A stretch of 64,000 bases of DNA from contig OZ024740.1 of assembly GCA_964016885.1 (NCBI GenBank), forward strand, positions 414,842,001-414,906,000, in the 5' to 3' direction. The notes below the pieces were generated by a model. The model was not told the origin of the DNA. It did not search any database and saw only the letters and a program-made list of their open reading frames with translations. Of the stretch, positions 1 through 11,503 are shown one piece after another (within the stretch, counting starts at the first letter, position 1; each line of letters begins with the position of its first letter). Origin of the DNA: Eledone cirrhosa (lineage: Eukaryota). Made by a program: the position numbers and the translations under genes.

Positions 1-599
1 AGTCACCTGAAACCTCCCTTGGTTCTAGCATGCAAAGCTGTTTGTTTTATAATGTTTATATTTATCTAAATTCCATCAAAATTTATGTAAGAACCGTTGT
101 GCTCCAAACACAAGCTTAATAATGAACAAGTTCCAAATCCTTCCAAATTATTGATTATTTTCAAAATCATAAGCAATGTCTTTCATTAGAAATATAGTAA
201 TGAAAGAGATGAGGGAGAATGAATGGTGGTACCATCTACATACAAGTGTGTGTGTATGTGTGTGGTTAGCAGTAACAAAAGTAGGTCTTTAAAGTAGAAA
301 AGGAAGAATGGGAGACATAATTAAACCATGAGAAACACTACAATTGATAGAATATAAAAGATGGAAGGCTTTGTCAATGTGCACAGTAAATTGAATAACA
401 CTTTATCCCTGCTAGTATTAGATATATTCTGCTTGGTATTGACTATCCTTCTGTTCCATATCTATTTTTTACTAGTTATTTTAGTTAACAGCTACTTCAC
501 TTATCACTGAGTAGCATTGCCAAGATCCATCCTTTTTTTTTAAATCTTAATTGTTTAGTTGAAAAAAAAAAAGGAGGTAATGGCCTTGAAACTTTCATA

Positions 600-1400
600 T
601 CCATGGCCTTTGCACATCCTCTAAAACATGGTTGATGTTCACTTTCAAGGTTTGTAAGTTAACATCTGTAAGGAAAGACATGTGGGCAGAAAAGGAATTC
701 TCAAGGGTTGACAATATGGGATAGAAGGATTGGAAATAGTGTTTAGTGTAGAAGTTGGAGAGTGAAGCACAGTATGAATGACATGTGGCATGTGGATAAT
801 ATATAGATGTATCAGGTGTGTCTGGCTGGAAGTGGTATGCCTCTAACTAGTTGAGAGGAGTAGAGGTCTTATAGTGGTAATGGAATACGTAAAGTAAGGA
901 GACAGTCTTCTTCTTCTTCTCCCACTTATTCCTGAAAGGGTTGTGGGGACAGAGTCCTTAAACATTCCTTCCAACGGGTCCTGACAGAAGCAATCATCTC
1001 CAACTAATCCAGCTGGATTCCCAAGCGAGTCCAGCCACGCCCAAGGATGTTATCTAACCATCTTGCTTAGTGTCTACCCCTCGGTCTCCTGCTGGTTGGT
1101 TTTGCTACAGAATGGGTTGCAGAGGGAGGATAGCAATATAGCCACCAGATATGATGGCTATAAGAGGGCAACTGCCGGACGAATAAGCAACCCTGGACCA
1201 ACAGCGGTAAGGAGACAGTGTAGTGTTTTAATAAGTGAGTTTTTGTGTGCAGTATCAGTTCCTCTGCCAGGAGTAGGAATAGTTATTGCAGGGCTCAATT
1301 TAGCTTTATAGAGAATCAGTATCTGAGGAGGCTGGGTTTGGTGGTGACAAAAAGATTAAGGTTGTTTGAGTATCTGAAAGTCAATCAGGATGAGAGATAA
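600..1400 (-). mobile_element. Old, degenerate CR1/L2-group LINE, 3' part of ORF2, interrupted by an RTE insertion
   Basis: Minus-strand peptides PQILILYKAKLSPAIT (~1281-1328, cf. LxLYKAxIRP) and FYTKHYFQSFYPIL (~712-763, cf. RTxxYxxSFFP). Many disruptions; boundaries approximate. Confidence 0.5.
907..1206 (-). mobile_element. 5'-truncated RTE-clade LINE 3' end with (GAA)n tail and 13-bp TSD
   Basis: Flanked by identical GTAAGGAGACAGT at 894-906 and 1207-1219. Minus translation AKPTSRRPRGRH*ARWLDNILGRGWTRLGIQLD*LEMIASVRTRWKECLRTLSPQP matches the RTE ORF2 C-terminus (RRPRGRP..RW.D). Confidence 0.85.
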
Positions 1401-1534
1401 TAAAATTGTTGCTGTGGATGGAGGAGTTTGAAGCATGGCATCATCATGGAAACAAGGTGAATCATACTAATATTTGAAGAATGTGAAAAAATATAATTAA
1501 TGACATATCACACATTTTATGAAAAAACTGTTTA

Positions 1535-1712
1535 CTGAGGAATCCTCTATGAAGTCAATCAACTGGCTACAAATAGCAACAAAATCTCCCTCAGATCACA
1601 CCCTAACATCATAAATAAAAAATTGAGACATTGATGCAATCTTTGATACAGAAAAAGATAGGATAGGTCTGCTCAACTAAGGTTAGCCAAGAACTAAACA
1701 GCATCAACAGTA
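1535..1712 (+). repeat. Interspersed SINE-like repeat ending in (CAA)-like tail; other copies ~17930-18150 (+), 18462-18910 (+, interrupted), 4000-4070 (-), 14615-14700 (-)
   Basis: Shared blocks GAGGAA.C.CT.T, AAATAGCA.C.AA.TCTCCCTCA.AT, ATAGGTCT.CT and CTAAACAACA recur among the copies. Confidence 0.55.
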
Positions 1713-2010
1713 ACAATGGTATACTGAATATATTTTACAAAGAAGATGCTTAATAATAGATGAATGTGAATTTTAGAGAAATACACATTTGTTGGAACAT
1801 TCGATTAATTTCTACATTGAAAATGGATTAATGGAATTTGGAAATTTGAACTTATTTCTTTTTATTTATGAGAAAAGACAACAAATATTTTCAATTTATA
1901 AAATCTAATAATTTCTTATATTGAGACATTTAACAAATGAATGCAGAAACATAAAAATAATAACAACAACAATAAAACTATTTTATTTTGATTAATTGAC
2001 TTTGCTTTAG

Positions 2011-2166
2011 AAAATAATTACTCATTTCATGTCTATGGCAGCTGATGCTAGTGGTGGATTTCTTCATTTGAAATGGCTAGTGCTTAGTCTGAAGAATATT
2101 ACAACTGAACTGGAGTTAAAAGTACACTGTCATCAATTGATGGAATGTTGTACTACTGAACAAATA
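2011..2166 (+). CDS. Candidate internal exon of an unidentified host gene
   Basis: Acceptor TTTGCTTTAG, open frame KIITHFMSMAADASGGFLHLKWLVLSLKNITTELELKVHCHQLMECCTTEQI, possible donor ATA|GTCAGT; non-repetitive, protein-like composition. The frame also stays open to a stop at 2211. Confidence 0.35.
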
Positions 2167-2223
2167 GTCAGTAGTTCAGATGTTCTTCATGGTTCTCTAC
2201 TGAACTTGTAGTAAACTACTTAA

Positions 2224-2400
2224 CCCTTTAGCATTTAAACCAGATGTATCCGGCCAGAACTCTCTCACCTCTCTCTGTTCAAACTGGCCATAACCGGCTT
2301 TTCATACTGATGTTAAGGTCTTGTTCTCAAAATAAATAATATCAAAATCTTAAAGCATTAAGAGATATAGAAGAGAAGGCATAGATATTATGTGTAAGAG
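2224..2400 (+). mobile_element. Partial piggyBac-type MITE (left end; same family as 18539-18759)
   Basis: TTAA followed by CCCTTTAGCATTTAAACC; internal TGTTCAAAC.GGC and TGTTAAGGT.TTGTTCTCAAAATAAATAATATCAA are shared with the 18539 copy; right TIR not seen. Confidence 0.65.
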
Positions 2401-2819
2401 CATTATCATTCTAAAGGACTACTTACACGTATACCAGTGCCATTATCTTGAATTTGCAGTAACTTCAGACCCCCTTGTTTAACTGTCACTTGAATGCTGG
2501 TAGACCTGGCATCAATACTGGGAAAGAAAAGGAAAATTATGATTCATATTAATTTATCAAAAAATAGGAGCAAACAAATTCTGAATGTTTCTGGCAACAC
2601 TGATATCAATGTTGTGCTGAAAAAGACTTGTCCAACCCATGCAAGAATGGAACATTTGATAGAAAATGATAATGATGAAGGGTACATAAGATGTGCAAAC
2701 ACACATATACATACACATCGGTCTAACATACAAAACCGGGTCCATGATGCTTTTAAGTTGTGAGGGGTATCTGGTTTTCAAAGGTCTTATCTGCAATCAT
2801 TGTTAAATTGACAAAATCA

Positions 2820-2995
2820 TTAGAGTCGGAGAAAATAATTTGTGTTCTGAGTTCAAATCCAGTTGGAGTCAATTTTGCTTTTCACCCTTACTAGGTTGAT
2901 AAAAAAAAAAGTACCAGTCAAATACTAGGGTAGATGTAATCAACTTTCCTTTCTCCCCAAATTGTTGATTTTGAGCTGAAATTACGCACCATTAC
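2820..2995 (+). mobile_element. tRNA-derived SINE with Meta-like core, degenerate; other copies ~3580-3730 (-), 3770-3940 (+), 4875-5080 (-), 8765-8890 (-), 8905-9020 (-), 14710-14830 (+)
   Basis: B-box CTGAGTTCAAATCC followed by TTTGC.TTTCA.CCTT...GGT.GATAAAA.AAAGTACCAGT, matching the better-preserved copies at 16608 and 26429. Confidence 0.7.
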
Positions 2996-4477
2996 TTTAA
3001 TAACACTTCTCTTGTCTGCTCTTCTCTATAATTCCTCTCTCTATCTATAGGATAGAAGGAGGGGGGAGGGGGGGGGAGAAGAAGAAGATGATGATGATGG
3101 TCAGAGAATTTCTAAAGGATTTGATATACAAAAAAAAAGTTGCCATAAAAATCAAAATTGTCAGTCTGATGACAGGTTGAAGAGAGTTTCAGTCAAGATA
3201 TATATTTTGACATTGTTGCTAGTACTAGACACAACTAAAACACTATACCTCTCTCTTTCTCTCAACACATGATTTTAGTATGAAAGAGAAAAAGTTGTTG
3301 TTTGCTTTGGTTCTCACTTACCAAACTTTAGATTCTTCACTGCTCACTACAATGGAACTGATTTAACTCTTCTATTGACTAATTACTGCCCAAGCTGGAC
3401 TACCTCCCGTTTCATGAATTCTGGGATTTAATACAGTAAAGGCATTTAACTCTTCTAATGGATCCATATGGGCACGGAGGGGGGAGGGGATTTTAAACCT
3501 GGCAGAGCCTATCCTACAGGTCTAAGCACAGCTGATTTCTTCTTCTTAGGGAGAGAGAGAGAGAGAAAACCAACATCAATACTAGAGTGGGGCTTTATTT
3601 ATCAACCTTGAAATGATGAAAGGCAAAGTTAACCTTGGTGGGACTTGAACTCAGAGTGTAGTAAGCCAGAACAAATACCAAAGCATTTTTAATCCAACAC
3701 CCTAATGACTCTGCCAACTCATCACCTTTTGATTTAATTCTAGAGCGTCAGACATCACTATGCTTTGTAGCATAGAGTTATAACCCTTTATGTTCTGAGT
3801 TCAGATCCCACCGGTTAGCATTGTCTTTCATGCTTATGGAGTCGATAAAATAAAGCACCAGTAATGCACTGGGGTTGATTTAATCAACTTCCCCCTCCCC
3901 TTCAAATTGTTGGCCTTGTGCCTAAATCAGAAACTATTATTTATAGTACTATTATTTGAGGTACTACTTATTTATTGGACAAAGTATTTTACTGTTATTT
4001 ATTCCAGGTGAGGTCTGATTAAATAGACCTATCATAAAAACAATCTTGCCATAACAATCCTGTCTAATCATTTTTCAAGCACTGATCACCTATCACTACT
4101 ATATCCAATATATTCATCCATTTTAAAAAAATGGATGAATACATTATGAGGAGTCCTGGATAGAATGCTTTCAACAGAGTAGACTCTGCTAATGATAACC
4201 AAGGGTAAGGTGGTAGTGTTAAACCAGGTAATCAGATATATACTATATATACTTGAATATAAGCTGACACCTATTTTGTCTGAGAAATCCAACCCCCATG
4301 TCCTTATTTATGTAGAATTTGAAGTTTGTGAAAATTGGCAAAATATTGACATTAAATATAAGCTGACCTTCATCTTACCATCGGTTCCTTTATCACTTAT
4401 ATCTCGGCTGATATACGAGTATATATAGTAAATATTTCCTTGAAATATCCAAAGAACTTAAAAGTAAGTGTTCTATT

Positions 4478-4840
4478 ATTATCATCATCATCATCATCAT
4501 TTAATGTCCACTTTCCACACTAGCATGGGTTAGACGGGTTGTCCCATTTGAGGCAAGATTTCTGCAGCTGGATGCCCTTCCTAATGCCAACCACATTTAC
4601 ATTGTGAGCTGGGTGCTTTTTATTGTGACACCTACATGACCACTTAACAGTGTGAGCTGGGTGCTTTTTGTTGTGACACCTACATGACCACCCTACAGTG
4701 TGGACTGGGTGCTTTTTGTCATGACACCTACATGACCACCCTACAGTGTGAGCTTGGTGCTTTTTGTCGTGACTCCTACATGACCAACCTACAGTGTGGA
4801 CTGGGTGTTTTTTGCTGTGACACCTACACAACCCTACAGT
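4478..4840 (-). repeat. RTE-type 3' tail fragment containing a 48-bp tandem array (about 5 units)
   Basis: (CAT)n, TTTAATGTCCA..TTCCA and GCTGGATGCCCTTCCTAA are shared with the 3'UTR of the 48218-49202 RTE. CCTACA(TGAC) recurs at 4631, 4679, 4727, 4775, 4823. Confidence 0.8.
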
Positions 4841-6469
4841 TCTATTACTATATTACTAGGTAATTAAATATATTGATTTCTCACATTGGTATAAGGCCAT
4901 AAATTTGTAAAAGGAGGGATGTAGTCAACTGAATTGACATAAAGACATATCTGGTATTTATTTTATTCACCCACCTCTTCTCGTCAATCAATGAAAGGTA
5001 AAGTCAAAACCATGGTGGAATTAGAAATAAAAATGTAAAAGGACATAACAAAATACAACAAAATATTTTATTTAGTGCTCAACTATTTCTGTCACCTTTA
5101 TTAAACATAAATATTGGATACATTTTAATTTGGAAAGTTTGAAGCAGCTGATATAGACTGGTTGTAGGAAGGCCATCATGTTAGCAACATAGAAGATATT
5201 AATATGAAGAAGTGAACATTTACAAGCAACACGATGTAAAAATAAGCAATTCATCACAGTTGATTAAATCTCATTATCAATTCCAACATATTCTATGTTG
5301 ACAGCATGTATTCAAGTTATAGAAACAGTATCTAGAGAATAAAGCTCAGAGTAGCCAAGTTATCTCAGCAGATGTTCACTCAGCAAATTTATGTTCAATA
5401 TCTTAACCACATTTGAAACATTGTTTCATTCTCATTCTGTAAATTCAGTATTAAAAGATTAAGGCTGCATACTTCATAAATACAAATGAAGTTTTGTAGC
5501 TTATGTTGTAATCAACTAAGATTTTAAAGAACACTGAAAACTTTATCTACCTGTAGTGTGTCTAAGGTAAGTAAGACTGGTAAATTCTCTTATCTTTCAG
5601 CTACATTTATAGGAGTAGTCGAATTCAGTCATGCAAGCTAACAAACCACTTATGATTCGATGAGGAACCTATACTATGGAGAACCTTTTTAGTACCAGGG
5701 GTAAATTGCAAGATTCTGTGCTGAGAATAATAATTATTTCTTGATTTTACAAATTCATTGGTATGTAATTTATATTGGCCTTATGGCTTATACAGCTTTT
5801 TCATAGAGGTTTTTAGAAACTTCATCAGTGGCTGGTTTCAAATCCATTTGTGTGCAAAATTTTGTCAGTGGGTAAGAAAATTGATAACATTTAAATTTGT
5901 ATCCCTGTATACAATAAAGAAAAGTAACTACAGTAAAAAAAAAAAAAAGAAAAGAAAAAAGACATATGAGCAACAGTAAAGCCTTCAATACATTTTGAAA
6001 ATTTTCTAGTAAAACAAAATATTGATTTCTTAGGATTTAGTGTTAAAGCAGTTGAATCAGCTCAAGTATATTAATGACACTTATTTTATTGACTCCATGC
6101 AAATAAAAGATAAAGCTTATTATATTCAGAATAGAGAGGAACAAAACTGATTTTATCTAATGTACTCAACTGGCTGTGGATTTTACTTTCGTGAAAAACA
6201 CATTTCACTTGTTTCAAATAAAAACTTCACTGTAAAGGCCAATGAATTATTAATTTGCTTTGTTTCTAAATCTATGTTACTTGCACTTAGCAATATATAA
6301 TTCTCCCCATATGTGTATTTAATCAATCCTTTCAGTTGAAGCTACTTGAGTTCATTCTGCTGTAAGCATTCAAGCCAGGTCTTTGATCTGAGAATATTAC
6401 TTCCTCTCTTTCAACCAACAGCTTCAGTGACTCTGTTAAACTGTTATGGGTTTTGCCTTTCCTTTTCTG

Positions 6470-7045
6470 ACATCATCATCATCACTGTTTTATGTCCATT
6501 TTTCCATACTTGTACGAGTTAGATGAGTCTTTTCGAGTACATCATCCCTCTACTCGCTGCAGTCCTTTGTCATCTCTTCTGTAAGCTTCAGGAATTAGTG
6601 ATCATTTCTCACAACTTCTGCTCAGGTCTTCCTTGGTCTCCCTGTATGGTAGTTTTCTTACACTGGGATATCTTGGCACTTCTTTACCCAACAATCATCA
6701 TCCACACAAAACACAAGTCCATACCACAGTTTTCTCTCCTTCACACTCTATATCCAACTTTTCTCTCATCTCACCAACACTTCATTGTTCATGCACATAT
6801 ATTGGAGCATGCTCACTTCATTTCTCTCCAGTCATCAGATTTCCTCTGCATTCACTGCATGTCTTACTACCATGTAACATCACACATCAGCATCAAAGAG
6901 CCTGCCTTTCGTTCATAGAAAGCTTTTGTTATCAACAGAGGCAGTAGCTCCCTGAACTTTATCCAGCCTATTTTTATTGTAGCTACCTTCAGAGCAACCA
7001 TCTCCGCTGCTAATTAGGTAGGTAGTAGAAGTTATCAATCACTTC
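6470..7045 (-). mobile_element. Degenerate RTE LINE 3' fragment
   Basis: (CAT)n tail at 6471; reverse-complement remnants of GW.KFRELL (~6945-6968), LERNE.SM (~6809-6832), KLWYG (~6718-6735) and GRPRKT (~6626-6643). Confidence 0.7.
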
Positions 7046-7158
7046 TATGGATCCTTACCAGGATTGGAAAAAGTTTATTTATTTTCATACTACCAACTAT
7101 CCCAGAACAATTGCCTTCTTTCATTGTTTTCTTTTTGCAAGTATCCTTTTTACTTTTT

Positions 7159-7353
7159 CACACCTGCCAACCTCAAAAAACCCAAACGGGGAGTCCCATG
7201 AAAAAAAGTGCCCCCAAATGAGAAGAAATGAGGCAGAACAGGGAGATTTTACATAATGAAAGCCATACCTATTTTCACAAGAAAAGGCATCTCCCATCTA
7301 CCCCAAAGTGGATAGAAGATCTCCCTGTCAGACGGAGAGAGTTTACAGGTCTG
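7159..7353. mobile_element. Possible degenerate MITE
   Basis: Imperfect terminal inverted repeats CACACCTGCCAACCTC ... GAGAGTTTACAGGTCTG; no clear TSD. Confidence 0.3.
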
Positions 7354-8730
7354 CTTTCTTACTTTGTATCTGAAAGAATCTTATGTTCGCATTTTCATAT
7401 CCCAACACATTCTGTTGTTTTTGTCCACCTTGCTTATGTTTTCCATCTGTTTATTATTGTTAATTCTGGTAGTAACTCTCTTTTACCTGCTACTATATTA
7501 TCCCATTCAATCGAAGGACACTCATATCTTGTATATTCATTTCTTTCTTGTACTTTTTTATTTGCTAGTAGTTAGAACTTTATAACTATTGATGCAGCTA
7601 AAGGTTTGGTAAACAAAAGCTATCTAATGTACTGAAACTGGGTTGTTACATCACCTATAGTGGGCTGGTGAAGAGGCGAGCATTATTTTTCCAGGCTATC
7701 TCTGTATTTCTCTGTCATATTTTTGTCCTTATGCTAATTTTGCAATCTCTCTCTCTCTACATATACACATATATCATACACACAATCACACATATATACA
7801 TACACACACAAACACATATATATATATATATCATACCATCCTTTTAAGCTTGCCTTCAATGCTGGCATAGGTTGGATAAATTATTGTAGTCTGAGACTAA
7901 ACAACTAGAGAGTCATGTCTTACTCTCTGTTTTGTTTTTGACAAAGTTTCTACTGCTGGGTGCCCTCCCTAACACCAACCACATTACAGCTGTGCTGAGC
8001 ACATTTTATCATGTTACCCGCACAAAGACTTTCCAGAATACACATACACATGTGTGTGTAAACATACACACATGTAATCAATTTATAAATAAGTGGGACA
8101 TCTGGAGATGAAAAAATCTTTCAATTAAATAATTTTTAAAAGGAAAGTTGAAGATTGAAGACATGCCGATATGACCTGATTGAATCGAGTTCAATATTAA
8201 TTCAAATCACAAATGAGAAATCACTACCACCATAATATTCAGCGGCATATCATAAACAGGAGAAAGCTGTTTCAACAGATCAATGGAGCCGGAGGAATTA
8301 GGTGAGGGTTAGGCTGTTAGGAAATTAATTTGTTTTCATTTATTTATTTGTTTGTTCTTGGGGGCAAGGGAAGCAATGCAGAATCCTTGCTGAATCAAAA
8401 GACAGGCCCCTTTTTAATTTGAAATGGAGAGCTGTAGAGATGGCAAATAGCTTGGTGGTATCTGTTACAGTTAATGTATCATAGGAGTTGTGTTTGATAT
8501 ATCAAGTTGCTGATCAATACTTGAGTATGTTGGTGTTTTGTAGATCTGTTCTGCTTGGTAGTTCCACAGCAGTTCCACAATTAGAAAAGTATTTCTCCTT
8601 GCTACTGCCCCTGCTATTGCCTGCTGGTTTGCTCATAATTAAGAATCAGGAAAGATAGAAAGCATAGTGATTAGGAGAGCAAGTGGTTAACTATAAATAC
8701 CTCTCCTAATGCTGATGATGATGCTATTGT

Positions 8731-8764
<34 letters not shown>

Positions 8765-9199
8765 GGTTTCTCATTTAGATATAAGGCTAGCAGGGAAGAA
8801 GGAAAAGTGAATTAAATCGACCCCCAATACCTGACTGGTACTATATTATATCAAACTTGGAAGAATGAAAGACAAAGTTGACCCCAGTAGGATAATAATG
8901 ATAATGGTTTCTAATTCAGGAACAAGGCCAGCAATTTTGAGGGGTGAGTAAAGTCAATTATATCAACCCTAGCACTTGACTGGTATTTCAATTTATCAAC
9001 CCTCAGAAGGATGAGAGATAAAGGGTTTTTATTTATATTCTAACCAAGCATCTTATAGAATAATAATAATAATGATAATAATATTGATTATTTTATTGGC
9101 ATCTGCAGGTGACATGTTTGACTCCAGCTGTTGTTGTAAGATGAATCTGGCTAGCAACTGACTCTACTGTGGAGGTCATCTTGCTGCCATGTTTTGGCC

Positions 9200-9633
9200 A
9201 AGAGAAGCAGGCAGTTTCTTCAGTCAAGGGGTTATGGTAAAAGAAGTTGTGTGGTGGACAAGACTGAAAAGACTGAAGACAAGCACATTCCTCTTTGGCC
9301 AAGCTCACATTGACTTTTTCAGCGCTGCCCTCTCCCTCAGTATATTTGTGAAAAGGTGTGTGAATGTAGCAAGAATAGCCAGAGTGAATGGGCCTACTTT
9401 AAATGTTCACCTGTAGGCTGGAAGGAATAAAGGAGAGAGGGCCATTTGCCTATAATGCCCTGAGTGATTGGGGTGATTTGGATCAGTGGGGATCTTTAAT
9501 TACTCCTGGGTGGTACTACCCACTATTGGGGAATTTTTTGTTATTAATTTACTGTTACTTTGTTACCTATTTTCCTTCTGTTTACTTGTTTTATGTAAAT
9601 CCCCAAAGTCTTTATATATTTGTATTGTCCTTC
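9200..9633 (+). mobile_element. Older, internally deleted 3' fragment of the Tx1-like LINE family
   Basis: MVKEVVWWTRLKRLKTSTFLFGQ and RCVNVARIARVNGPTL align with MVKEVIWWTRLRGLRTDAFLSGQ and RWVNEAKMARVIGPSL of 11504-12856; 3'UTR TATGTAAATCCCC..TTTGTATTGTCC is also shared. Confidence 0.85.
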
Positions 9634-9639
9634 AAGGAG

Positions 9640-10490
9640 TGACGTTGCTTGATATGTAGAAAAGGAGTAAGTAGAAACTCTATACAATGTAAATAATGTA
9701 AATCTTAAGTATGCAAGACGTGTAGTGGGATAGAAGTCTGACTAATAGTAAAGATAAACTTTGAATGTGGCAGATGCACAGACAGAGATAGTAGGTAGTA
9801 ATAGCACTAATGAAATAACCTGGGAAGGTCTCGTAGAAGTAGTTGATAGTTTATTTTACCTATGTGATCTAATTAACAGTAGAGGAGGTTATTCTAGAGG
9901 TAACTAGAATAAGAACAGGATAGAGAAAGTTCAGAGAACTTGTTGTAGTACACCTGAGCACTGTACACAATAATTTCATTATTATCATTATTATATAACT
10001 GCTATCTCTGTTGACAACAAAGGGATTTACTCTCCGAGTGAAGGGTAGGTTGCAAGATGTTTGTGTGAGAAGTGTGATGCCATGTGACAGTGAGACACGA
10101 GCAGTGAATGTAGAGGACAAATGAAGACTGGAGAGAAATGAAGAGCATACCCTATTGGTTGTATAATATTAATGTGCATGAATGACAAGGCATGGATGAG
10201 CTGAGAAAAAAATGGATATAAGAGGGGTGAGATGTAGCATGCATGAAGGAAGGCTGTGTTGGTATGGACATGTGATGCATATGGATAATATTCATTGGTG
10301 AAAAAGTGTTAGTAGATGTGAGTAGAAGGAAGATGCAGTAGAGGAAGACTGAGGAAAATTTAGGTAGAAGTGGTGAGAACTAATCTAAAAATAGTGAACC
10401 GCATGAAGGAGATGATGAAAGAATGCAATAAGTAGAGAATCCATTCAGACCAGGCATGCATGGAAAAACAAATGTAAAATGATGATGATA
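9640..10490 (+). mobile_element. Degenerate RTE LINE 3' half with PHD-like Cys-rich insert
   Basis: CLICRKGVSRNSIQCK*CKS*VCKTCSGI...FECGRC (~9646-9777), EVVDSLFYLCDLI, RKFREL, LERNE and RLCWYGHVM remnants; ends in (GAT)n at ~10480-10490. Confidence 0.8.
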
Positions 10491-10656
10491 TATATACTAC
10501 AAACACATATACATACATACACACATACATGTACATGATGTATTCTTGATTTGGGAACCAGGAATATTGCAAATTTATTTAGGTGCTTAGGCACAGAGTT
10601 GTTATAGAGATATGGCATAACTCATCAAAGGACCCTCTTGGTTGGGTTTATACTCT

Positions 10657-10663
<7 letters not shown>

Positions 10664-10724
<61 letters not shown>
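10664..10724. repeat. (TC)n(TA)n compound microsatellite
   Basis: Directly visible. Confidence 0.95.
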
Positions 10725-10730
<6 letters not shown>

Positions 10731-11503
10731 GACTATTCAGCTGCACCTAGTACATGCTGTAAAGTAGTTGGTGATAGGAAGGGTATACAACCACAGAAAA
10801 CTTGCCAAACAAAGGGTCAGCTCCCTAGTGTAGGTAATTTATATAATTGCACCCAGTACACTCTGTAAAAATGTTGGTGACAGGAAGGGTATCCAACCAT
10901 AGAAAACCTGTCAAACAAAACGTTGGGAGGATCTTTCAGTTATGTCAAAGATATGATAATCTCCTTAAAGCTGGTGTCATCATAAAATGCACTCAGTTGT
11001 GTGGTGGGTTGTATGTAAAAGAGTTATGAGCCACTGGCCTATCAGAGCACTCAGTAGGGAACAGGGACATTTGTAAGTGGGGTGCAAGCTCCCACCCTAC
11101 AGTTTGGTCAGTACTTCTGCTTTGAGTACCAATACAGTTAGCAGGGAAAGCAGACATTAAATGATGATATAAATATATATACTCACAAGTATGTGCCAAT
11201 ATACTTAATGTAGTGAGCAAAAACATTAATTTGAATATCACAAAACCAATAAACCTCATGCTGTGTATCTTTGCACATGTCATAATGATTTTTGGATTTA
11301 TTTATTACTATCTACTTCTCAACTCAAATTTTCCAATTCAAGATTAGAATTTATGAATATATTTTCCACTCAAAGACTGCAATGTTAAGTGAGTTATAGA
11401 ATATTTCTATTTATACACTGAAACAAATAGATCTTCATGCAAGTTACAAGTCCTTAATTATATATTATCATCATCTTTTATACGTCCGTTTTTCTATGCT
11501 AGC

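Noticed and set aside
4585-4840. 48-bp repeats resembling a CRISPR array
   Set aside because: Contiguous tandem units with no unique spacers, part of a retroposon tail, eukaryotic context, no cas genes.
5557-5572. Possible micro-exon ending AAG|GTAAGT
   Set aside because: The larger upstream candidate exon has stops in all three frames, and a 10-nt exon cannot be supported from sequence alone.
8290-8640. Possible very old LINE ORF2 fragment on the minus strand
   Set aside because: Only a vague compositional resemblance; no motif could be read with confidence.
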